A DNA stretch of 64,000 nt from Gemmataceae bacterium. GTDB taxonomy: Bacteria > Planctomycetota > Planctomycetia > Gemmatales > Gemmataceae. Where the stretch lies: positions 5,587 through 69,586 of the forward strand of contig JAXMAV010000033.1 of assembly GCA_046350255.1 (NCBI GenBank), written 5' to 3'. The translations under genes were made by a program, and so were the position numbers. Positions 33,632 to 42,028 of the stretch are shown piece after piece. Positions within the stretch are counted from its first letter, which is position 1; each line of letters begins with the position of its first letter. Below the pieces are notes generated by a model. That model searched no databases, had not been told where the DNA came from, and saw only the letters and a program-made list of their open reading frames with translations.

Positions 33632-34369
33632 ATGATCGAGGTGCGCGATTTGAAAAAGCAGCACGGGACGCTCCAGGTGCTGCGCGGAGTGTCGCTCACC
33701 ATCCGGCCCGGCGAGGTCGCAGCGGTGATTGGCCCGTCGGGCGGCGGCAAGAGTACACTGCTGCGCTGCATCAATGGGCTGGAAGCATTCCAGGGCGGCT
33801 CCGTGCAGGTGAAGCAGTTCCAACTAGTGCCGGGTCGCACCCCACCGGCCACCCTGCGCCAGCTGCGCAGTTGCGTGGGGATGGTCTTCCAGCAGTTCCA
33901 CCTGTTTCCGCATCTGAGCGTGCTGGAGAACGTGCTGTCCGGCCCTCTGTGGGCACAGGGTCGCCTGCGCGAGGAGGTGGAGCCGGAGGCGCGCCGGTTA
34001 CTCGAGCGCGTCGGACTGAGCGATAAGATGCAGGCGCGCCCGGAACACCTATCGGGCGGACAGCAACAGCGGGTGGCCATTGCGCGAGCGCTGGCGGTTC
34101 GCCCCGAGGCCATCCTGTTCGACGAGCCGACCAGCGCCCTGGACCCGCGCATGGCCGGCGAGGTGCTGGGCGTGATGACCGACCTGGCACGAGAGGGGCA
34201 AACCATGATCGTGGTGACTCACGCAATGAGTTTCGCCCGGCGTGTAGCGCACACGGTCCATGTAATGCACGAGGGCACCGTGGCCGAGTCGGGCCCGGCG
34301 GCGCAGATTTTTGAAGCGCCCCACACGGATATCACGCGCGAGTTCATTCGCGAGGCCGGCGAGGTGTGA
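33632..34369 (+). CDS. Amino-acid ABC transporter ATP-binding protein
   Basis: Walker A GPSGGGKST, signature LSGGQQQRVAIARAL, Walker B ILFDEPTSALD. Starts 4 nt after the permease stop. Confidence 0.95.
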   Translation: MIEVRDLKKQHGTLQVLRGVSLTIRPGEVAAVIGPSGGGKSTLLRCINGLEAFQGGSVQVKQFQLVPGRTPPATLRQLRSCVGMVFQQFHLFPHLSVLENVLSGPLWAQGRLREEVEPEARRLLERVGLSDKMQARPEHLSGGQQQRVAIARALAVRPEAILFDEPTSALDPRMAGEVLGVMTDLAREGQTMIVVTHAMSFARRVAHTVHVMHEGTVAESGPAAQIFEAPHTDITREFIREAGEV

Positions 34370-34470
34370 ACCGGGCGCAGAGATGGTTGCTTTCGTGGGC
34401 GGGCTCGGCTAGAGTCATAACGCATTAATCGAGCGTCATTTCCTGATTTCTCTGTCTCGGGAGACCTGGC

Positions 34471-35214
34471 ATGCCTGCAGGAAAGGCCATCATTCTGGTT
34501 GTGATCGGCGCCCTGGTACTAGCCACCGGGTTGTTTGCGTTCGTGCCCTCGACTCGGCCGCCGATCGTGAAAGCCTGGTTCCGCAAGGCGCGCGGATTCG
34601 CCCCGGCGACCACGCCGACCGAGGCGCTGGATCGCTTCCGGGAAGCCATCAAGATCCGCGATTATGAGACGGCCGCCGAGTTCTGCGACAAGGAGTATCG
34701 CGAGCAGATACTGAAGGTAGCCGGCGGCGCTACCAAGCTGGGCGAGGCCATCGACAGCCTGACCCACAACATGGACAAGAACGGCGTGGTCAACCCCAAG
34801 ACGAAGTACATGCTCCGCCTCCTCGAGCCGTTCCCCAAGACGTTCAAGGTGCTCAGCGTGAAGGAGAACGGCAACACCGCGGTGGCGTTCATCGGCGAGG
34901 ATGACATCATCCCCAAGCTCGATTCACCAGTGCAGCAGGATTTCTTCACCAAGCATCGCCACATGCTGGGGGCTCTGTTGCCCAACGAAGTGGGCATCGC
35001 CTGGGATCGCGTCGATCTGGTGAAGGAAGGCGATGTCTGGAAGATCGTCATTCCGGTGACGACCCGGCTGCGGCTCAGCGTGGACACCCTGAAGGATAAC
35101 GCCACGAACTATGCCAACGCCATCTACCAGGTGCGCGACGAGGTGAAGAACAACCCGGTCACCAAGGAAGGTGTCCAGAGCGAACTGGAACGCCGCCTGA
35201 ACGAGTCGAAGTGA
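34471..35214 (+). CDS. Membrane-anchored hypothetical protein
   Basis: 247 aa. N-terminal TM helix 'AIILVVIGALVLATGLFAFV'. The remainder is soluble with no motif I recognise. Codon third positions are GC-rich, as in neighbouring genes. Confidence 0.6.
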   Translation: MPAGKAIILVVIGALVLATGLFAFVPSTRPPIVKAWFRKARGFAPATTPTEALDRFREAIKIRDYETAAEFCDKEYREQILKVAGGATKLGEAIDSLTHNMDKNGVVNPKTKYMLRLLEPFPKTFKVLSVKENGNTAVAFIGEDDIIPKLDSPVQQDFFTKHRHMLGALLPNEVGIAWDRVDLVKEGDVWKIVIPVTTRLRLSVDTLKDNATNYANAIYQVRDEVKNNPVTKEGVQSELERRLNESK

Positions 35215-35221
35215 GTCTGCC

Positions 35222-35428
35222 ATGCAAGATGACAAACGTCGCCAGCGAGAAATGAAGCGGGAGATCAAAAAGGCGGGCAACCGGAAGATGCGCCGCCATT
35301 TCGATCGGGATCTGGCGCGCGATCCGGAACATGCCCACGAGGCCGAGTTCGACTATGGACAGTCCAGCTCGGCCGGCCTGAATGGGATGGACCACGACTC
35401 CACGCGGAAGCGCGAAGAGGAAGAGTAG
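35222..35428 (+). CDS. Highly charged 68-aa protein
   Basis: MQDDKRRQREMKREIKKAGNRKMRRHFDRDLARDPEHAHEAEFDYG...RKREEEE. Starts 7 nt after the previous stop. GC-rich third positions. Confidence 0.5.
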   Translation: MQDDKRRQREMKREIKKAGNRKMRRHFDRDLARDPEHAHEAEFDYGQSSSAGLNGMDHDSTRKREEEE

Positions 35429-35445
35429 GCCTCCAGGGTAGTACC

Positions 35446-36792
35446 ATGGCCAGTGTGCGTGACTTCGGTGCTCGGGGTGACGGACGGACCGACGATACGT
35501 TGGCCATTCGTCATGCGCTCGAAAGGGCAGGCGGTCAGGTGGAGTTTTCGCGCGGGGATTATCGCATCACCGCCTCCATCGAGGTGCCGCTGGCGCGCCT
35601 GGGCCGGATCGCATTATCTGGACAGGGGGGAGTGGGTCGCGTGGTCATGGCCGGGGCGGGACCGGCCTTCCGCTTCACTGGCTCGCTGGCGCGCAATGCC
35701 GACCCACGCAACATTCCGGGGGCCGTCTGGGAGAAGGAACGGCTGCCCACCGTGGCGAACCTGGAAATTGTCGGGGCGCATCCGCAGGCCGACGGGCTGG
35801 AGTTTCATCGCACCATGCAGGCTACGCTGCACGGCGTGCTACTGCGCGAGTTGCGCCATGGGGTTCGCCTGGTCGAGCGGAACCGCAATGTGCTTCTCGA
35901 CAGCTGCCACATCTACAACTGCGCTGGGGTCGGCGTCTTCTTCGATCGCGTGAACCTGCACCAGGCCATCATCCACGGCTGCCATCTCAGCTACTGCAAG
36001 CAGGGTGGCATCAAGGTGGTGGGTAGCGAGATCCGCAATCTGCACATCACTGGCAACGACATCGAGTACAACTTCGATCCGCTGGCGAAGGAATCGGCCG
36101 ACGTCTGGATCGACGTGACCGAGGGCAGCGTGCGGGAGGGCAGCCTGGTCAGCAACACCATCCAGGCGCTGCGCAGTCCCGGCGGAGCCAACGTCCGACT
36201 GGTGGGGCGCGACGACGTCAACAAATGCGGTCTGTGGACGATCACCGGCAACCACATCTCCAACCAGGAGGTGAACATCCACCTGCGCGGCTGCCGGGGC
36301 ATCACGCTGACGGGCAACAGCCTGGTGATGGGCCACACCCGCAGCATGGTCCTGGAACACTGTCAGCACGTCGTGGTGGGCCATCACTCGCTGGACAACA
36401 ACCCCGATTACAAACGCACCACGATTGATGGCATCACCCTGCGCGACTGCGATGGCTGCATCGTCGATGGGGTGATCGTGGATGCTGCCGGGCCAGAAGC
36501 CGGAGGGGCCGCTCTGGAGGTAACGCGGTGCCGGGAAACCAGCATCGTTTCCTGTCAGATCCTCGATCCCCGGCATCGCGGCATCCTGGTGACGGACAGC
36601 CGCAACACTCGTATCGCGGATTGCACCATTCTCGACCGCACCCACGCGGGCAAGGTCGAGGCCAGCATCGAGGTGACCGGCAAGTCTCCCGGGACGTTGA
36701 TCCGGGGCAACCTGGTCATGAAGGGAAGCCGGGGCGACATCCTGGCCCCGGGCGCCACGCTCGAAGGGAACCATCCGGCCGTATCGGGCTGA
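35446..36792 (+). CDS. Right-handed parallel beta-helix protein (pectate-lyase superfamily)
   Basis: 'SVRDFGARGDGRTDDTLAIRHALERAG' is the Pectate_lyase_3-type N-terminus. Repeated 'I.GN.I' beta-helix rungs (HITGNDIEYN, ITGNHISNQ, LTGNSLVMG). Confidence 0.75.
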   Translation: MASVRDFGARGDGRTDDTLAIRHALERAGGQVEFSRGDYRITASIEVPLARLGRIALSGQGGVGRVVMAGAGPAFRFTGSLARNADPRNIPGAVWEKERLPTVANLEIVGAHPQADGLEFHRTMQATLHGVLLRELRHGVRLVERNRNVLLDSCHIYNCAGVGVFFDRVNLHQAIIHGCHLSYCKQGGIKVVGSEIRNLHITGNDIEYNFDPLAKESADVWIDVTEGSVREGSLVSNTIQALRSPGGANVRLVGRDDVNKCGLWTITGNHISNQEVNIHLRGCRGITLTGNSLVMGHTRSMVLEHCQHVVVGHHSLDNNPDYKRTTIDGITLRDCDGCIVDGVIVDAAGPEAGGAALEVTRCRETSIVSCQILDPRHRGILVTDSRNTRIADCTILDRTHAGKVEASIEVTGKSPGTLIRGNLVMKGSRGDILAPGATLEGNHPAVSG

Positions 36793-36801
36793 CAGGGCGT
36801 G

Positions 36802-38415
36802 CTAATCGATGCCTAGCCGCCAGAATCGCGTCTGGCTCATCTCGCCGAAGGGGGTTTCGTTACCGACCGTGCGATGGCCGGCCAGGCTGACCACCTCGCC
36901 CGCTTCGCCGGCCTCGCCGTTCCAGGGTCGAGCGCCCAGCGCAACCCGACCCGCCGCATCCCGACGTGGGAGGAAGCGAACCAGGTCGCCAGCGCGGAGC
37001 AGCCGGGCGCGCCCGTGGTAGACAGCACCAAAATCGTGCCAGGAGATCCCTCCGTCGAGGGAAAACTGCCAGAAGCCCGGCCCCTCGAGGCGGACCACGG
37101 CGGCGGCCTCGCCGAGGAGTTGCTCGATGCGAAGCGGTTCGAGCCAGGGTTCGGGCACTGCTACCCGCAGTGGAGTCGGGGCTACCAGTGTGGCGAGTGT
37201 CACCACCTGTGTGCTGAAGGCCGTGCCAGGGTTTCTGGCCAGGTCGAAGTAGGCGCCTGCCTGGCCAGCCGTCCGATCCCAGGCGCGGAACGTCAGCTGG
37301 GCCTTGCCGCCCCAGCCCGGACGGGGCAGAAATCGGATCTGATCGGTCGAGCCCAGCAGCAGGGCGCGATGGGGTCCCACTTCTTCGACGTGGAGCCAGG
37401 AGGCTGCCCCTTCAGGTCGATATTCCCAGGAGCCTCGTCCCGCCACCGCCACGACGGCAAGGCCGGGCGCCGCTTCGGGTTCGTGGAGATGAAGAATGCC
37501 GTCGAGGATCTGGGCGACCCGACATCCCACCGCCGACAGTTTCACCCGCGGCTGGCCCTGCAATTCCGGTGGCCGACGCGCCGGGACATGGTCGAGGTGA
37601 AATCTGGTGGGCCCAATCTCATGATCCGGAGTGGCAAAGGTGAAACCGTCGCTACGCCGTTCGCCCTCGTGCCGGTAGACGATACGGCCGGTGTTGAGAT
37701 CGTCCTGTGTGAACACATCGCCGCCAGTCAGGGCGAAGCCATCGCGCAGCAACACACCCTCTTCGGGAGGCGACAGCAGCATGATGTCGATGAGAAACGG
37801 CGTGTCGGCTCCCTCGATGCGAATGTGGCTGTCGGTCAGGGAGATCGACTCGCCTGGCATCAGTGTCGCCGAGGCGAGATGGGCCAGCACCAGCGGACGT
37901 CGGACTTCAACGGGCTCCGGTGTCCACTCTTCGGGCAAGGCGTCGAGACGTTCCTGGGGGACCACGATCTCGCAGGGTTCCTGGTTCTCCAAGACCTCGA
38001 GGCTGTCGTGAGAGTGCGTGGGCTCCTCTGGTTCGGTCGGCTCGAGTGCCTCTGGGTAGGGGGGCGGAGTATCCTCCACCTGGTAGGGGGGAACCGCCAC
38101 GAACTCCTCCGGGGGAAGATGGACCTGGATCGGCAGAGACAGATCGAGAGCGTCTTCCCAGGCGGGCGCGGCGGTACAGCCGTCTCCCTGAAGTTCGTAG
38201 ACGCCGGAGCCACAGGAGAACAGCCGGTATCCGGAAGACTCCTCGACGGGTGGTTCGGGGTCCTCGTATGGTTCGTCCGGCAAGAGGAGGGCCTCGGCGG
38301 CCTGGCGTTCGGCCTCGGCGGAGGTTTCCTCTTCCTCTGCAAAGAGGGCGGCGTCGAGGAGCTCTCGATTCTGCGAACCTATCCCGCCCGACGACTCATC
38401 GTGGTGAAATTCCAT
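36802..38415 (-). CDS. Acidic hypothetical protein with CSPG/cadherin-like repeat signature and two Trp-rich ~70-aa modules; no signal peptide seen
   Basis: Start ATG 38415 (MEFHHDESS...) with AAGGAG 7 nt upstream. 'GDVFTQDDLNTGRIVYRHEGERRSDGFTF'. Modules 'GSWEYRPEGAASWLHV...IRFLPRPGWGGKAQLTFRAWDRTAG' (nt ~37249-37461) and 'GFWQFSLDGGISWHDF...VRFLPRRDAAGRVALGARPWNGEAG' (nt ~36889-37101). Confidence 0.75.
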   Translation of the reverse strand: MEFHHDESSGGIGSQNRELLDAALFAEEEETSAEAERQAAEALLLPDEPYEDPEPPVEESSGYRLFSCGSGVYELQGDGCTAAPAWEDALDLSLPIQVHLPPEEFVAVPPYQVEDTPPPYPEALEPTEPEEPTHSHDSLEVLENQEPCEIVVPQERLDALPEEWTPEPVEVRRPLVLAHLASATLMPGESISLTDSHIRIEGADTPFLIDIMLLSPPEEGVLLRDGFALTGGDVFTQDDLNTGRIVYRHEGERRSDGFTFATPDHEIGPTRFHLDHVPARRPPELQGQPRVKLSAVGCRVAQILDGILHLHEPEAAPGLAVVAVAGRGSWEYRPEGAASWLHVEEVGPHRALLLGSTDQIRFLPRPGWGGKAQLTFRAWDRTAGQAGAYFDLARNPGTAFSTQVVTLATLVAPTPLRVAVPEPWLEPLRIEQLLGEAAAVVRLEGPGFWQFSLDGGISWHDFGAVYHGRARLLRAGDLVRFLPRRDAAGRVALGARPWNGEAGEAGEVVSLAGHRTVGNETPFGEMSQTRFWRLGID

Positions 38416-38670
38416 TGGCGGTCTCCTTACCACCGGTGCGGTCAGCCCGCCAGGATAGCCCGAACGCCATCAAGGAGGCAAGGTGGATTGACTGCGCGAA
38501 AAACCTCGCACGGTGGACCGATCCTTGCCATTTTCGACAGGAATGTCAGAATATCACCACACATCAATGGGTACTCACACAAGTTGGAGTGTTGAGGGAC
38601 CAGGTCCGTTCGTCTATCGCCCGCGAACTGCTGCAACCTCGACTGTTCGAGAGCATCAGGGATTTCATTC

Positions 38671-39129
38671 ATGAGTAATTCATTTGCACGATGCATCGCG
38701 GTGGGCTTCACTTTCTTGCTGGGGGTAGGTTGCTCAGGAGGCGGGACGCTGAACCCTGTGAAGGGGAAGGTGCTGCGCAATGGGCAGCCCCTTCCGGGAG
38801 CCCTGGTAACGTTTCATCCCAAGGCGGCCCTCAACGACATCAAAGCGGAGCGCTCGACGGGCCTTACCAAAGACGATGGAACTTTCACGGTCGAGACGGG
38901 TCCAAAAACAGGAGCCCCGACCGGGGAGTATGTGGTTACGATCATCTGCATCCAGAGCGCTGCTCCTCCCAAGGCGGGCAGCAAGGATAAACCACAAATC
39001 ACGTTCGGCAGTGCCCGGGATGACTCGACGGACATCCTGAGAGGGATGTACGCGAACGTGAACAACTCACAGATCACGGTTACGGTCAAGAGTGGTCCTA
39101 ACGAACTCGAGCCGTTCAATCTCAAGTAG
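38671..39129 (+). CDS. Small lipoprotein, carboxypeptidase-regulatory-like beta-sandwich (paralogue of 22317-22694)
   Basis: Lipobox LLGVGC, then '[24 protein letters not shown]'. Confidence 0.7.
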   Translation: MSNSFARCIAVGFTFLLGVGCSGGGTLNPVKGKVLRNGQPLPGALVTFHPKAALNDIKAERSTGLTKDDGTFTVETGPKTGAPTGEYVVTIICIQSAAPPKAGSKDKPQITFGSARDDSTDILRGMYANVNNSQITVTVKSGPNELEPFNLK

Positions 39130-39166
39130 CGCCCTTCGTTCCGTTTCTTTCTCTCCCGGAGTACGT

Positions 39167-40216
39167 ATGATGAGGTCCCGACAGATTCAGGGGAGGCACC
39201 GCGGCTTCACTCTGATCGAGCTGCTAGTGGTGATTGCCATCATCGCCATCTTGATTGGATTATTGCTGCCCGCCGTTCAGAAAGTGCGCGAGGCTGCCGC
39301 CCGGATGCAGTGCAGTAATAACCTCAAGCAGATCGGCATCGCCTTCCACAACCACGAAAATACGCTGGGCTACATGCCGCCGTATGACTACGACTTCAAC
39401 CCGGCTCCGGCGGGTAACACACTGGGGCCCCAGATTCAGGGCCACACGCCCTTCATGCACCTGCTACCCTACATGGAGCAGGAGAACATCACCAAATCGA
39501 TGAACCTGCAGCTGTCGGTGATCGACCCGCGGAACTGGCCGCCCAACTGGGGTACACAGCCAGCAGCGTCGGCCTCCGTCAAGAACTACCTGTGTCCTTC
39601 GGCGCCCAGCCGGGTGATTGACTACTCCCCCTACTTCGTGAGTCTGGGCCTCCCCAACGCCGGGGCGTTCACCCTGGGTGGCCTGGACTACGCTGCGGTT
39701 CGAGGCGCGCACAGCAACTTCCGCACCGCCTGTGCGCCCACCTTGCCTTCGCCACCAGAATCGTGTGGTGTGTTGGGGGTAAAGGGCCAATATACTGCGA
39801 ACGGTCTGATCTCCGGGAAGAGCAACCTGGTCACCATCGGGGATGGGACGTCAAACACCATCCTGGTCGTCGAGTCGGCCGGCCGTCATCAGGTGTACGC
39901 GAAGGGCCGACCTGTCACCCCCAATTCTCCGGGTTCAGCGGGATGGGCGCTCAACGCGGCGTTCTTTGACGTGAACACCGCGACGCTGATCCGAGGATTC
40001 AGCAACGACGGTCTGACCCGAGATGGTGGTTGCTGCGTTGTGAACTGCAACAACTTCGCCGGGGCTGGTCAGACACAGATCTACGCTTTCCACACGGGCG
40101 GGGCAAACACGCTCCGGGCGGATGGATCGGTGCAGTTCCTGAAGGATTCCACGGCGCCTGGGATCGTCGCCGCTCTGGTCAGTGCCAACGGTGGCGAAGT
40201 CTTCACCGATAACTAA
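39167..40216 (+). CDS. DUF1559 protein with prepilin-type N-terminal cleavage/methylation domain
   Basis: '[50 protein letters not shown]', '[10 protein letters not shown]', '[18 protein letters not shown]'. Start at ATG 39167; the track start 39092 overlaps the upstream gene. Confidence 0.9.
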   Translation: MMRSRQIQGRHRGFTLIELLVVIAIIAILIGLLLPAVQKVREAAARMQCSNNLKQIGIAFHNHENTLGYMPPYDYDFNPAPAGNTLGPQIQGHTPFMHLLPYMEQENITKSMNLQLSVIDPRNWPPNWGTQPAASASVKNYLCPSAPSRVIDYSPYFVSLGLPNAGAFTLGGLDYAAVRGAHSNFRTACAPTLPSPPESCGVLGVKGQYTANGLISGKSNLVTIGDGTSNTILVVESAGRHQVYAKGRPVTPNSPGSAGWALNAAFFDVNTATLIRGFSNDGLTRDGGCCVVNCNNFAGAGQTQIYAFHTGGANTLRADGSVQFLKDSTAPGIVAALVSANGGEVFTDN

Positions 40217-40246
40217 CCTGGCGGATGGAGCTAGCTGCGACTACTC

Positions 40247-40281
40247 AGGGCGTCCCCGGATGGGGACGCCCTGTTTGTTTT
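40247..40281 (+). terminator. Intrinsic terminator after the DUF1559 gene
   Basis: AGGGCGTCCCC (40247-57), loop GGAT, GGGGACGCCCT (40262-72), then GTTTGTTTT. Confidence 0.85.
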
Positions 40282-40284
40282 AGC

Positions 40285-41490
40285 CTAGAGCGCTTCACGC
40301 AGGATGCCTTCGAGCGACTCGACGGTGACCTCGCGAGGATTGACTCGCAGGATTCGTTTGAGTGGGAAGGCCTTCTCGGCGAATCCTCGCAGCTGGGATT
40401 CCACCACGCCCAGCTCGCGCAGGCGAGTGGGAATACCTATGTCCTGGCGTAGCTGTTCGACGGCCGTGATAGCGCGGTCCGCGGCCTGGGTCTCGGTCAG
40501 CCCCTGGACATCTTCCCCCAGCAGGCGCGCGATGTTGGCCAGTTCGCGTTCGCGGCCCGGGCGGTTGTAGCGCATGACGTAGGGCAGGAGCAGGCCGTTG
40601 CCAGCGCCGTGCGAGCAATGGGTGGCACCACCCAGGGGATATTCCAGGGCATGGACCACCGCGACGCCCGCGTTGGAAAACGCCAGGCCACCCAGCGTGG
40701 CGGCCACTGCCATGCCCTCGCGCGCTTCCAGATCCTGGCCGTCCTTCACAGCGCGGCGGAGGAACTGCCCCACCAGACGGATCGTCTGCTCGGCATGGAG
40801 ATCGGCCAGAGGGTTCTTGCCCTGGTAAACCGATCGTTCGCCGGGGGGAAGCGGGAACCGGGCATTATCGACGGCCATGTACGCTTCAATGGCGTGGGTC
40901 AAGGCATCGATGCCACTATCGGCCGTGACCTTGGGGGGACAGGTCAGGGTCAGCAGTGGGTCGATGATGGCCACCCGGGGGCGTAGGTGGTTGCTCAGCG
41001 TGCTGACCTTGATCTCGTTCTCGGTGTCGGTGACGACGGCCGCGGCCGAAACCTCCGAACCGGTCCCCGCCGTGGTGGGCAGGCAGAGGATGGGCATGAC
41101 GGGGCCGGGGACCTTCCCGTCACCGAAGTACATGCTCGGCGTGCCGCCATGCGTGAGGACCAGTGCGGCAATCTTGGCCAGGTCCATGTTGCTGCCACCA
41201 CCCAGGCCCAGGACCGCATCGGGCCGGAAGTCGCGGCCAACCGCGATACAACTGTAGGCTGCCCGCAGCGAAGGTTCTGGTTCGCCCCCGGTGAACAGTT
41301 CCACCGAGACGCCTGCCTCGCTGAGCGGCCCCATGACCGGATCAACCAGCCCCGCGCGCACCAGGACAGGGTCGGTCACCAGCAGCAGGCGTTTGATGTT
41401 CAGGCCAACGACGACTTCGTTGAGATTTCGGGTGGCGTTCTGCCCGAAGATCAACTGCCCCGCCGAGTGAAACGTCCAGGTGGTGCGCAT
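40285..41490 (-). CDS. Iron-containing (group III) alcohol dehydrogenase
   Basis: 'GLGGGSNMDLAKIAA', 'DALTHAIEAY', 'VVHALEYPLGGATHCSHGAGNGLLLPYVM'. Confidence 0.9.
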   Translation of the reverse strand: MRTTWTFHSAGQLIFGQNATRNLNEVVVGLNIKRLLLVTDPVLVRAGLVDPVMGPLSEAGVSVELFTGGEPEPSLRAAYSCIAVGRDFRPDAVLGLGGGSNMDLAKIAALVLTHGGTPSMYFGDGKVPGPVMPILCLPTTAGTGSEVSAAAVVTDTENEIKVSTLSNHLRPRVAIIDPLLTLTCPPKVTADSGIDALTHAIEAYMAVDNARFPLPPGERSVYQGKNPLADLHAEQTIRLVGQFLRRAVKDGQDLEAREGMAVAATLGGLAFSNAGVAVVHALEYPLGGATHCSHGAGNGLLLPYVMRYNRPGRERELANIARLLGEDVQGLTETQAADRAITAVEQLRQDIGIPTRLRELGVVESQLRGFAEKAFPLKRILRVNPREVTVESLEGILREAL

Positions 41491-41756
41491 GAACTGCTCC
41501 CGGAATGAGTTAGATGGTGTATTGTCATCGCTCTGGACTGGAAGGCAAGAGGCCAGGCCCTCGCGGTTTCACCTGGGCTGAAGAAAGGGTCGATCCAGAC
41601 ACAGGCGCAACCGAAGATCCGCGCCTACTTTGGAGAATAATTCTTGGGAAACGGGTCGGTTCGCAAAACAGGTCAAACAGGTCCGATACCAGGGTTTCTG
41701 CCCGGCGAAGAGAAGGACGAGGCCAGGGGGGATGGCGAAAGCGGAGAACTGTTTGG

Positions 41757-41786
41757 TTGACTTCGGGCCTGTCTCCGGAGTATAGT
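41757..41786 (+). promoter_or_regulatory. Sigma-70-like promoter candidate upstream of the 1230-aa kinase gene
   Basis: TTGACT (41757-62), 18-nt spacer, TATAGT (41781-86). It would give a ~240-nt leader. Confidence 0.3.
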
Positions 41787-42028
41787 CAAGTAGTATTGAT
41801 TGGTCGCTGGTCGCCTATTCATTTCACCGAGGCGTTGTAGCCAGCGGTCAACGCGGACCGTTATAGGTTGGCCCGGTGGTTCAACCAGGGATGGTTACCG
41901 GGAGTTCGATCTGGTCTGCGGGGGTGACATCCGTTCCGGTCCTACGTCACCCACTCACGAAAAGACAGGATGAGCTTTTCAATCCCTGAAGATCGAGGGG
42001 CGAGTAAATCTACTCGCATTCCGGACTA

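Noticed and set aside
36874-38595. 573-aa ORF on the + strand, the longest ORF at this locus
   Set aside because: It is antisense to the 537-aa gene, which has a strong RBS and recognisable repeat modules. Its product is Gly/Arg/Pro-rich with no motifs. This is the typical shadow ORF of GC-rich DNA.
41853-41919. tRNA-like element: a possible acceptor pairing GCGGACC/GGTCTGC enclosing a 'GGGAGTTCGATC' T-arm-like sequence. A second 'CCGGTTCGATTC' occurs near 31800
   Set aside because: It is only 67 nt. I could not draw a consistent D-arm, anticodon arm or 5-bp T-stem with a 7-nt loop. It is probably chance or a decayed fragment, and it needs tRNAscan/Infernal to be sure.
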